A DNA stretch of 59,829 nucleotides, the filler included, from Globobulimina sp. (Eukaryota), in assembly GCA_003354225.1 (NCBI GenBank). It is 12 parts of 12 records of this genome, joined end to end, with 100 filler letters (N's around TTAATTAATTAA, not from the genome) between each part and the next. Parts side by side here need not be neighbours in the genome. Positions count along the whole stretch, not along the records: positions 34,975 to 39,867 come from PIVH01000862.1; positions 39,968 to 44,859 come from PIVH01000863.1; positions 44,960 to 49,850 come from PIVH01000864.1; positions 49,951 to 54,840 come from PIVH01000865.1; 8 more parts are not named here. One strand, 5' to 3'. Shown here in pieces: positions 39,351 to 50,004 of this stretch (the first letter of the stretch is position 1; the number at the start of each line of letters is the position of its first letter). A program made the translations under genes and the position numbers. The notes beneath the pieces were generated by a model. The model did no database searches, had not been told where the DNA came from, and saw only the letters and a list, made by a program, of their open reading frames with translations.

Positions 39351-39480
39351 GTGAACTAACTAAGTTTCAATTTCAACACTTTGACAATGGCTGCTTTACG
39401 TTAGCCGAAAGCTCAGTGATAAACACTTTTAGATCAAACTAATACGTACTATAATCTAATCATTTTATTAACAAATAAAT
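39351..39480 (+). repeat. PLE pseudo-LTR, right copy
   Basis: Direct repeat of 35004-35133. Confidence 0.95.
39377..39418 (+). ncRNA. Minimal type I hammerhead ribozyme, U3-A8 core variant (right copy)
   Basis: Core identical to 35030-35071. Confidence 0.75.
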
Positions 39481-39867
39481 ATATATATGATATGATCACA
39501 CGACTACATATATCCGTACATAGAAATTTTGATCATATATATATATATGATCACACGACCACATATATCTGTGCATAGAAATTTTGATCATATCTATATA
39601 TATATGATATGATCACACGACTACATATATCCGTACATAGAAATTTTGATCATATCTATATATATATGATCGCACGACCACATATATCTGTGCATAGAAA
39701 TTTTGATCATATCTATATATATGATCACACGACCACATATATCTGTGCATAGAAATTTTGATCATATATATATATATATATGATATGATCACACGACTAC
39801 ATATATCCGTACATAGAAATTTTGATCATATCTATATATATGATCACACGACCACATATATCTGTGC
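39481..39867 (+). repeat. Tandem satellite, about 52-60-bp units of two variants
   Basis: Units (AT)n-GATATGATCACACGACTACATATATCCGTACATAGAAATTTTGATC and (AT)n-GATCACACGACCACATATATCTGTGCATAGAAATTTTGATC, about 7 copies. The same sequence is at 34975-35003. Confidence 0.95.
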
Positions 39868-39967
39868 NNNNNNNNNNNNNNNNNNNNNNNNNNNNNNNNN
39901 NNNNNNNNNNNTTAATTAATTAANNNNNNNNNNNNNNNNNNNNNNNNNNNNNNNNNNNNNNNNNNNN

Positions 39968-40225
39968 GTGGGCTTTGCAGTTTGATTTATTGTGGGCTTT
40001 GCAGTTGGATTTATTGTGGGCGTTGCAGTTGGATTTATTGTGGGCTTTGCAGTTGGATTTATTGTGGGCGTTGCAGTTGGATTTATTGTGGGCTTTGCAG
40101 TTGGATTTATTGTTATCTATCCAATGCTATCTCTCTCTTTAATTTCTGATAATTTTATTGTTGGTGTTTCTGACATTGTTGGCGAAGCAGTTGGATGCAT
40201 TGTTGGCGAAGCAGTTGGATTCATT
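39968..40225 (-). repeat. 24-bp minisatellite encoding PT-type repeats (PTAKPTIN) on the minus strand
   Basis: GGATTTATTGTGGGCTTTGCAGTT units, plus a unique flank shared with 42171-42222. Confidence 0.85.
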
Positions 40226-40279
40226 TTGAACTTAAGTTTTTATTTTTAACTTAATTAACAAACTCGCAAAAACTGAGTG

Positions 40280-41767
40280 ATGACGAGACGAAGTGCGCGT
40301 TTAAATCCCAGCAGACAACAAGAAGAATTGTCATATGCTAATGTCGTCGATTTATTTTTTCAAGGCAACGGAGAAATATTATTCAATGACTTTGTGGAAC
40401 CGAATAAATCATTGCACGAATTCCTGTGCATTTATAATGAAAAATGTCGAAACAAAAGAACAGATTTAATGGGTGCTGTTTTATGCCAATATTGTGATGT
40501 GAGCGATATGAAAGGTTTAGCTGCATTATCGACAAAGGAAGTATTTGCAATTATTGAGGATGAAACAGCGGGAGATGCTGAATTTGTTGGCAAATCAGTT
40601 GAATATATTTTAAATGATAATGCATTATTCGTGAAAGATATACGAGATATTTTTATTCATATCATATCAGTACATGAGGAAGATATGCATTGGTTGTCGG
40701 AAATAACTGGTTCCGGTGGCTCAGGAAGAGGAAGAGGCAGAGGAAGAGGAAGAGGCAGAGGTATAGGTGGAGTGAGTGGTAGAGGGATAGGCAGAGGGAG
40801 AGGGAGAGGCAGAGGCAGAGGTCGCAGAGGCAGGGGTCGACCAAAAGGACGAAGGAACAGAACAAACACAGCCGCAGAAAATGATATTGTCTACGATGAT
40901 GTGAATGATTATGACGAAGATCAAGCACAGAATGTTTTGAACACATGGAAGAAAGGAAAAGCTGTACCATTGGTGTATATTCATGATTTTGAGTTTTATA
41001 AACATGTTAAAGGTCTTCATTTGAGAGCTATTGAGAAAAGAGTATGTTTTGAATCTACTAACTTTGTATAGAGCTATTGTTTGTTTGTACAGTTCAATTC
41101 GATGTGTGTAAATTGCAACATTGTCGGTGGTTATTTTTATTACGATTTACGGCAGTTAGGTAAGGATGAGCCAGAAGTATTTATTGTATTATCACCTCAT
41201 TTCCATGAACCAAGAAACGTTGATGTGGTTTGTATTTACATTGTAATAAACAAAGAAACATAATTGTCATTTTTGTTTGCATATACACAGAAAGAAATAA
41301 CTAAATGGTTCAATTCACAGATGGTTGGTACAGTTGCCACTCGGTATGCTTTGAATGTACCAAATACAGTAATCCCAGATGGATGGAGTAATATGGTTAC
41401 TGAAGACGTCAATATGAATGCAAATGTCATTGAAACAAGTGGTTTGGATGTAAATGAGAGTGATGATGATAATGATAATAAAGAGAATACAAATAACAAG
41501 AATGAAATCAATACTAAGTTAATTGGTGATTTATTGTGTTTTTTATATAAAGCCGGTGGACAATTTTGGGGCAAAGCTGGCGAAAATATTGTTGGACGTC
41601 ATTTAGGTTATGATAATCGTTCTTCATTGTGGGATTTTTTGGAAAGGACAGAACCAGATATTTCAGGCAGACATCCTCGCGATGATCGTATACCAAAAAT
41701 GCCTGCTATTAATATGCTCAAATCAATACCAAAACCTGTGGCATTACAAACTGACAATATTGATTGA
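40280..41767 (+). CDS. RG/RGG-repeat hypothetical protein, 3 exons, about 457 aa
   Basis: Exons 40280-41041, 41093-41227 and 41291-41767, joined by phase-0 GT..AG introns. GRGRGRG tract at about 40720-40855. Confidence 0.7.
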
Positions 41768-41835
41768 TATATAACTTGATATATAACTTAATATATAAAA
41801 CAAATTGATTTTTAAACTGTTTTTTTTTTAATTTA

Positions 41836-42222
41836 AACTGCTTCGCCAACAATGAATCCAACTGCAAAACCAACTATAAATCAGACTGCATTGACAACAA
41901 TAAATCCAACTGCAATGCCAACAAATGTTGGATTTATTGTGGGCGATGCAGTCGGATTTATTGTGGGCGATGCAGTTGGATTTATTGTTGGCTTTGCAGT
42001 TGGATTTATTGTTGGCTTTGCAGTTGGATTAATTGTTGGCTTTGCAGTTGGATTAATTGTTTGCTTTGCAGTTGGATTAATTGTTGGCTTTGCAGTTGGA
42101 TTAATTGTTGGCTTTGCAGTTGGATTTATTGTTGGCTTTGCAGTTGGATTAATTGTTGGCTTTGCAGTTGGATTTATTGTGATCCATCCAATGCTATCTT
42201 TCTCTTTAATTTCTGATAATTT
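41836..42222. repeat. Second PT-type 24-bp minisatellite block with an internal inversion at about 41925
   Basis: 41836-41925 is in the opposite orientation to 41926-42222. Confidence 0.8.
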
Positions 42223-42468
42223 CTGATTTGATCCATTTTTTTCTCCAGGATGGTATGTTTATATAGTATGTGGCCGGTATACAACGACCGAACAAATCAC
42301 ATAAATATATCACATACGCTCTAGGATTTGGTGTGTTTATTGTAGGTACGGAGGCATTGATTGGTTTGGATTGTAGACGATGCAGGTGAAGCATGGTGCC
42401 ATCTGCGAAATAAATGCCAAGCATGCTGGTCTATACGAACCCATGGCTAGCAATTAAAGCGGCGTTGT

Positions 42469-42521
42469 GATTATGAAAATCGTCAGCCTGATTATGAAAA
42501 TCGTCAGCCTGATTATGAAAA
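42469..42521 (+). repeat. 21-bp tandem repeat, about 2.5 copies
   Basis: GATTATGAAAATCGTCAGCCT units. Confidence 0.85.
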
Positions 42522-42775
42522 CAAATTAATGCGGCGATTTGACAATGGCAGCTAGTTAAATTAATCAGAGATGAGCTTCGGTAGCTGCTTAATTAATGAC
42601 TGCACAAAAGATGTATTAAAGGATTTAAATCAGAAATTATATATATAAGTTTGGTTACTTTTTTCTTTTGCTTTTGAATATTATTAATATTTTGCTTTTT
42701 TCTTTTACTTTTTTTTTTTACTTTTTTCTTTTACTTTTTAATTTACTTTGAAACTACGATGAGGATGATAATGAT

Positions 42776-44859
42776 ATGGATGGCATTATAGACAAGATTG
42801 AGAATAAAGTGCGTGTACAGTTATTGTCACTGTGTTTTGACAAAATGGAGTATTTTGTAGGCAATGTAACCGATTCAATGTCATTGGTTTATAATAGCTG
42901 TAAACAAGCAAATAAATGGATAATTGAGCCAAGAATAGATTTTATAGATATTAATCGCAACGGAATATATAAAGCGCCATTTAATGTCGATTTTTTTTAT
43001 TCCCTCTTAAGAATTCCTTTTATTTTATTTCAATTTGAAAGGATATTTGCCATTTTGCAGTTTATTCAATCGCAACAATATATAAATAAAACACTTACAT
43101 TGAAACCTAATAATTACAAAACATATATGCATTTGGACTCATTCCTAATCAAAATACCCTCACTCATCTTATCCAAAATCATGTATCAGGAAAGAATAAG
43201 TGTGCCATATAATGGTTTATTTGAACACGTTGGACAAGAATTACTTAGAACCATTTACTGCACATCGTCAACATTATTATTATTAGATACAAAGGACACA
43301 AATATGATAAGTATGACCAGCAATTTAATGAATAATTCGCTCAAAATATTTCGGAAAACACTTGAATCGAACCAGATTATGCATTATTTTGCTCCATCAC
43401 AGTTTAGAAAGAGTTATTGGAGACCTTCCCGATTTTATAATATATCGATAAATGACATCGATACACAAACATTGCCTAATAACTATTATAAATTCATAGC
43501 TCAGTCCGTGATTGGACGCAATATCAATGAATATATCGCTACGTTGCTATATCCACTCAGAAATAATGAAAAATCTATGCAGATATCCGATAAATATTTA
43601 TTTTCCATTCAAAATAATTTGTTTTCATCCATATGGTATTATAATTATGCAAAAAAAAATGATTTGAAATACGGCAAAAATAAGTTGTTTTTTGATTGTA
43701 ATAATATTATAAATTGGATGCAAATGGATAAAATCTTAAATTTGTCGCTCAAAAATATACAAAACATCACCAAAGCGTTAGATGCTGCGACCAAAATATT
43801 AAACATATCCACTGATTATTCATTTTTTGAGTTTTATAGACAAAGTACAAATTATTTGTCCATGACACCAACACTTAGCCGCAGGCGGTCTTTGTTAAAA
43901 ACATTATCTGTAAACAAAGAAAAAGACGAAAAAAAGGAAGAAAAAGAGAATAAATTGTTGGGCCTACAATGGTCAAATACAGAATTTGAACAATTAAACA
44001 GCGAAACACAATCATTAATTTGTAGGTTTATACGTAATGTCGAATACGAGTTCGAATATCCACCCATTTTAATCGCTATTATTGATCCATTTTTTATTTT
44101 GCGAAATGAAGAAAACAAACATGACATTTACCAGAAATTAACATTTGAATTGTTGTACGATTTGGGAAATATTGTATTGAATGTTGTTATCAGTCTAAGT
44201 GTGGCGACGAGTTGTTATCAGTCCAAGTCTCCAAATAAAGTAAAACATCCATACGAAAAGCTGCAGGGAATGAAAAAAGTATTATTTTATAAAAAATGTC
44301 TAACATCGAATAAATATTTAAGTGATAAATGCAAATTGCACCGATTGTATAAACATATCATTGCAAAAAACGATGAGTTTTCATCGGAATTGCTTGCTGC
44401 ATTTATGCTGAGTATCATCGGTGCAATTTATTTGGATTCAAATTTAAACAAATTAGAACAAGAAGCAATAATTGACACAACAAAAACAAATAATAATGGC
44501 ATCCAACTGGAAAATGTGTGGAATTTTGTTGAACGATTTCTTCCCGAAGTTGTGTTGGAAGACGATATTCAAAATGTTGTCCATTCGTTGCGTAGAAAGA
44601 ATCGGAACCAGCACAAAGCGAATAATAGGAACCATAATTATCATCCAACACAGCGACAACATAATAATATAAAAAATAGCTATAACTTACAACATTTACC
44701 TACAAATTGTATACGATCCACTCAAATATTACCAAATCAGAAACGTTTGAAAACACCAAGGGTCGGAATGAGAAACGGATTTAAATTACATACGAATGGC
44801 TATATAAAACGAGGAAATACCGGTAAAGTCTTCAGGTACTGGAAATCTTCGTCCTACAC
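42776..44859 (+). CDS. Dicer-like protein with tandem degenerate RNase III domains, 3'-partial
   Basis: Connector-helix-like FFYSLLRIPFILFQFERI. IIIa-like YNGLFEHVGQELL..KFIAQSVIG. IIIb-like YQKLTFELLYDLGNIVL..LTSNKYL..LLAAFMLSIIGAIYLDS..VWNFV. Confidence 0.7.
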
Positions 44860-45440
44860 NNNNNNNNNNNNNNNNNNNNNNNNNNNNNNNNNNNNNNNNN
44901 NNNTTAATTAATTAANNNNNNNNNNNNNNNNNNNNNNNNNNNNNNNNNNNNNNNNNNNNTTTTAAATGCTTTCATATTGAATTTATTTTGTTTTTTAAAA
45001 CCTTCTGAGTGTAATTTTTGAAGATTTTTTACTTTTAACGCAATGTTAGGATCGATTTCTGATATTTAAGTGTTCTAAAAACAGATGAGATTGACAAAGA
45101 TTTAAATTTTTAAAATATAAAACAACACAATTATGTAATTTTTTATATGATACATATTAATTACACAATATTTAGATAAACAGCTGAAGAAACAGCCGAA
45201 TTAAAGTCATACAATTTTAGTAATTAAACATGGCATTGCTTGGCCTTTAAATATTAGAATTTTATTTAATTTTATTATCATAATTTGAGAATGAATCGCA
45301 AATCATTTTAATACATCATTGTGAATATTATTATTAATGAAATGGAATAAAATGGATTGAAAATATAATATTTAATATAATGCGTAGGAATGATATGGAA
45401 TTTACTTACAAATTAATGAGTATTCATAATGGAAATATAG

Positions 45441-48400
45441 TCATTTTAAGTCACATTTGCAAAGTTGATGATCTTTGCCTGGGTGGAATGCGCAAGTATG
45501 CTCTCTATGACATATTTTATTTGCTGCATTCTTACAGTAACCGTAGGCGTTATAAAATGAGCAGAGTTTACCAGACACTTTAAATTCCAACCCCTTTTTT
45601 GCCATAATATCTATACAAATTTTATTTGCGTGATACAGGGATTTATTTCTGTTTTTGTTGGGCGGTCTGCGGTTATTTCTATTATTTTGATGATTGTTTC
45701 GTTGCTGAGTGTTATTCCAATTATGCTTATGATTAAATTGCCAGTTATTGTCATAATTGGTGTTGTTATTAAAGTTCTGGTTGTTGTTATTTAAGTTATT
45801 CGAATAGTTATTTTGCGCATTTGTTGTTGGGAAATCTGTGGGGTACGAAGTTGGAATTTGTGTTGGTTTCGGTGTGGGAGTGCTCATTTTATGGTATTTA
45901 TCAGAATCAAATGATATAAATTCTGATGATAAGAGAGAACATAATGAAGTATTTGCATATAAACTGGATTTTGCCTGCATAAAATTTGAAGAGAATACCA
46001 CAAAATATGATTGATTTGAAGTTATTGCATGTTTAAAGCCTGTATTTAACCAAATATACAGGGAAGGCGGTGATATTTTGTTATTTTTAATTTGAATCAA
46101 TACTAATTCGGCACATTTACTTAAATCAAATGATTTGTAGGCACAGAAGGTGCGTATTGTTCGATGTAGTAATATCTCTTTATTATTTACAGGTATTTTC
46201 GTGTTTAAGTTATCTGTTATTTGTTTGATAAATTTTATAATATATTTAATAATATTAAATGCATTCCATTTGTTTTTAAATAATGCTTTCAATTCAGATG
46301 TAGCCGATTTATGATCAATGTTTTTAATCTCTGGATTTAAGTATTTCATTATTTTATATGCTAAGTCGTAAAATGTGAATGAATCATATACAAAACCGCA
46401 AATAAATAATATTAATTCAATTTTAATTGACGATTTATCAGATTTGGATATTATTGACTGTAATTTGCAGGAGTTTGAGGGTGAAAATATTTTTATTAAT
46501 TTCGATATATTGTAATTTGAATCTATTAAATGTTAATAGAATTAAATAAATAATGGTTTTAAATGAATACCAATTATTTTTATAATTTAAATACCTCATT
46601 GGCAATAAATTTAATTTTTAAAGAAAGATAACCATTAAATAACCCATTACCACATTGGCGGATGTTATTAGAATGGCATGTTGTTTGAATATATAATGTT
46701 ATAAAATGTATACAAACAAACAAAACAAACAATCGTAAGAAGTGGGGTCCGCCCACAGACTCAGCGCCAGAAAGTAACGTAAGAAGTGCACTAATTTTGT
46801 AACATAGAAAGAAACAAAGTATGTACACTACATAATACCTTCCAGCTCTTTTACAATATCTTCACCTGTTTTTCGCTTTCCTTGTTCAGTAAATGTTTCA
46901 TTTATTAATGTATTTAACATCTCAATATTTTTATTTTTCTCCTTTTTTAGTGCTAAATCGATCATACAAAGGACCGGATCCTGCTTCTTTTCTTTATCTA
47001 CACCAAAGCCAATGATATTATTCGTATTAACGTATTGGATGCATTCAAGGGTATTAGGATCGTCATTGTCATAATCAAATACAGGTTTTTTCGAATATTG
47101 TCTTCTATCTTCACTTTTTTTATGTGATTTGAATTTCTCATTTATCTCTTTTGTCATATCCTGTCTCAAAACCTGTAAATCTTCGATTGTTATTGGTTGG
47201 ATATTAGTCTTTGGATTACTTTGTGGGAATCGACTATGCGTTGCTGGCTGATATGTAACAGCTGATTTGATTGGATTTGGTGCTAAGGCCGTGATTGTAC
47301 GGCGTCTTTTTGATGGAGGGAGTGTTGGGACTGTTGGATTACTAATTCTTTTTATGGTTTCTTGCGGAGAGTAATCATTGATAAATTCTTGGGGAATTAC
47401 CCTATTTATAAGTGACGGTATATATTTTCTTAAATTTATTAGATTTTCATTGTAATCAATGATTTTTGCCTGGAATAAATTTTTTTTTATTGTATTACGC
47501 ATACTTTCGTATATATTTGCAAATATATTTTCAGGTATTGCAGCAAATTGGATTATAAACGATTTAATTGGAGTATGCGGCGGAGAATCGACTGAAAAAT
47601 TGAACATTATGACATTCGCAATGATTGCTGAGATTACATTGGAACGTTTTACTTGTGATTGATATGCGGGATCTGTATTTAATTTATGTTTTTCATTTTG
47701 TAGCGAGATCATAAAATTATCAAAATTTATATTATGTAAGTTATTATCACCGAATTTTTGGACATTTAACATATTGATAATGTTCGCTGAGTCTTGGGAG
47801 AGATTATCTAAATTTATTTGTGGTAATAGCGTGATATCCGGTGAGTTTCCTTTCGAATTACTTATCGGAATCGGACTTGGATGGAAACTGTGAGTATTTG
47901 TTTTCGATTTTGATGCCTTATCTTTTTCGAGCATATGGCTAAATGTTAAAGCATATGATGGAGATAAATTTGTGGGGAGAGAGTAAGTGAGGCCGTTATA
48001 TAAATTGTTCAAAATATTTGGGTCATCATTTAATTCATCTTCAGCGATTTCGATATTTTCACCATTTTTATTAGAATCGCTCATAATATCGTGATCAATA
48101 TATGTTAACCAGTCAAATTTTCGGACATTATTATATCCCTTGAACTGATTTGATATTTTGAACTGATCGAATTTATTTTGTTTGAATTCTGAACAACACA
48201 GATAAACTAAATCGGAAATACTGCGGACATCGACGGAATTGTTTGATTTTGCCCTTTTTGAGGTAATTAACAGGAATAATTTCAATGACTCAATAGGTGT
48301 ACGGGCTGAGGTTGCGAGGAAGTAAATAAAATTATTTTGTATTTGGGCGAAATTTACTAATAAAGCTATTTCATATTTATTGAAATATAATTCTGGTTTT

Positions 48401-48723
48401 GACGATTCTGAATTTTTGAGATTATTTTTGGCAAAATTAATGCGCCATTTCTTGTTATTCAAGATTTGAATATCCTGTGGTTTTATGATGGTAATGTAAT
48501 TTTCAATATTAATATCACTATATTTGAAGCGTTGAGAATCATCGGGTGCTTGTTTTTGTTCTTTTTCTTGTTTTTGACTATGTTTGGTTTTGTTTTCTGA
48601 ATTTATGTATTTTGTGATTAATTTTTGTTTTTTATTTTTACGTTTTCTTAATGCAACTTGATTTGAATCAATATCCATATTGCAATTTGATTGGAATTGA
48701 TTTGTTTTATGCTGTTTAGGCAC
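45441..48723 (-). mobile_element. Gag-like region of a DIRS/Ngaro-type YR retroelement (two ORFs, possibly spliced)
   Basis: The 46349-45441 ORF ends CSFYNAYGYC..C..EHTCAFH..DHQLCKC after an N/R-rich tract, like Ngaro/DIRS ORF1 ends. The 48723-46828 ORF is low complexity. A YR gene lies upstream on the same strand. Confidence 0.5.
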
Positions 48724-49212
48724 GCGAGTTTATTTATATGTTTGTGAATTTAGTTTTGTATTAAGGTTTGTGATAAGTTTTAGGTGTTCTTATTTTTGCA
48801 GAGTCTAGGCTATGGAGCAAGAGAAAGCAAATAAGTTTAGAAGTTTTTCAAAGATATTTAAAAATACACACTTCTTGCACACTAAACACAAACTCAAAAT
48901 AACCAGATCATCTGCACTACGTTTGATGATATGATGTATTTCAAGTTTGTTGACGCGATGACCACAGAATTATTATCGAGCAAACGGGGAGAAGTAATCA
49001 ATTTAAATTATATTTAACAAATTGCAAATTGGATTACAGAACCAATCAACAATTATTATTATATGGCACAATACGCCATAATAATTAACATAAACCCCCC
49101 GTTTCCCGTAGGTTTGCATTTTTTGTTCCAAAAACCTGTGGCCGTTAAAGGAATTTTGGAACGAGCGACGTGGATAAAAAATGCTGTATATTTGAAGTAA
49201 TATTAATTAATA

Positions 49213-49850
49213 TTACCAGTTTTTATAATTTATTTTTGTGGCCCATGGGTCATATACTAAGCCCTCATTATTAACAAATGCATCTTTATGGACGTATGGA
49301 GAATGGATTAGTTCTCTAACAAATGTAATAAAATCCTCATCTTCGTATCGCATATATCTGTATGATACATGTGGTAAGTTTGCAGGTTTCCAGCCTACAA
49401 ATTTTAATATTTTTGGATGAGGGATGCGGTTATTATTTGCCAATGAGGCTCCACCAATTCTGAATGCATAGGAGGTATACCTGGACGCTTCAGTTAATTT
49501 ATTTAATTTATTTATTTCTTTTGTAATGGCTGAGAACATTTTAGTTGTCACAGCCACATTATTTGTAAACCTAAAGACATTTGAATTTGGCGTTAATGGA
49601 AAATGCGGATTATTGGCGGCAAACTGTTTCTGTCGCACTAAGAATATTTTTAATAGTAAATATGGGTTGAAATAGTTACACGGACATTTCTTGTCTGTGC
49701 CGCGAATATATTTGTTTCCACAACGCGAGTCGCCGAGAATTACTTTTTTTATTACTTTTCTATATTTTTGATTTTTGTATGATAATATATATAATTTAAA
49801 ATATGATTTCCTTTTATCTTTCTTATCTTTTATGTGCCGAATATGTTTTA
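49213..49850 (-). mobile_element. Tyrosine recombinase C-terminus (DIRS/Ngaro-type), 5'-partial, probable frameshift near 49790
   Basis: YTSYAFRIGGAS..PHPKILKFVGW..SYRYM matches the YR HSFRIG..GRW..Y box. Upstream SYKNQ and CPC..NPY motifs. The frame changes between SYFKLY and ILSYKNQ. Confidence 0.75.
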
Positions 49851-50004
49851 NNNNNNNNNNNNNNNNNNNNNNNNNNNNNNNNNNNNNNNNNNNNTTAATT
49901 AATTAANNNNNNNNNNNNNNNNNNNNNNNNNNNNNNNNNNNNNNNNNNNNTAAAGAAAAAAAAAACAAAAAAGAAATATTTATACAATATAGAAATTAAA
50001 TATT

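Larger units (their letters stand above)
35004..39480 (+). mobile_element. Penelope-like element (PLE) bounded by 130-bp direct pseudo-LTRs
   Basis: PLE RT motifs MVKEDKG, YALWKTHK..LRLISS, LKDTKDLL, SFDVVKLYP, QRGCGMG, RFRDDYF, IQFTLD, EILD, HSKDTD..SCH. Direct repeats at 35004-35133 and 39351-39480. Confidence 0.9.

Noticed and set aside
39481-39867. Possible CRISPR array
   Set aside because: Units are contiguous near-identical satellite copies with no unique spacers, no cas genes, and a eukaryotic context.
39992-42226. Hydrophobic plus-strand ORFs (GFAVGFIV repeats at 39992-40249 and 41852-42226) as membrane proteins
   Set aside because: They are antisense readings of the PT minisatellite.
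42469-42521. CTGACGA (minus) and GAAA..GTC (plus) in the 21-bp repeat as a hammerhead
   Set aside because: The core elements are on opposite strands and stem II is absent.
42538-42600. TTGACAATGGC followed by a GCAGCTA/TAGCTGC inverted repeat, resembling the PLE hammerhead start
   Set aside because: No GAAA after the stem and no stem I/III, so a hammerhead cannot be drawn.
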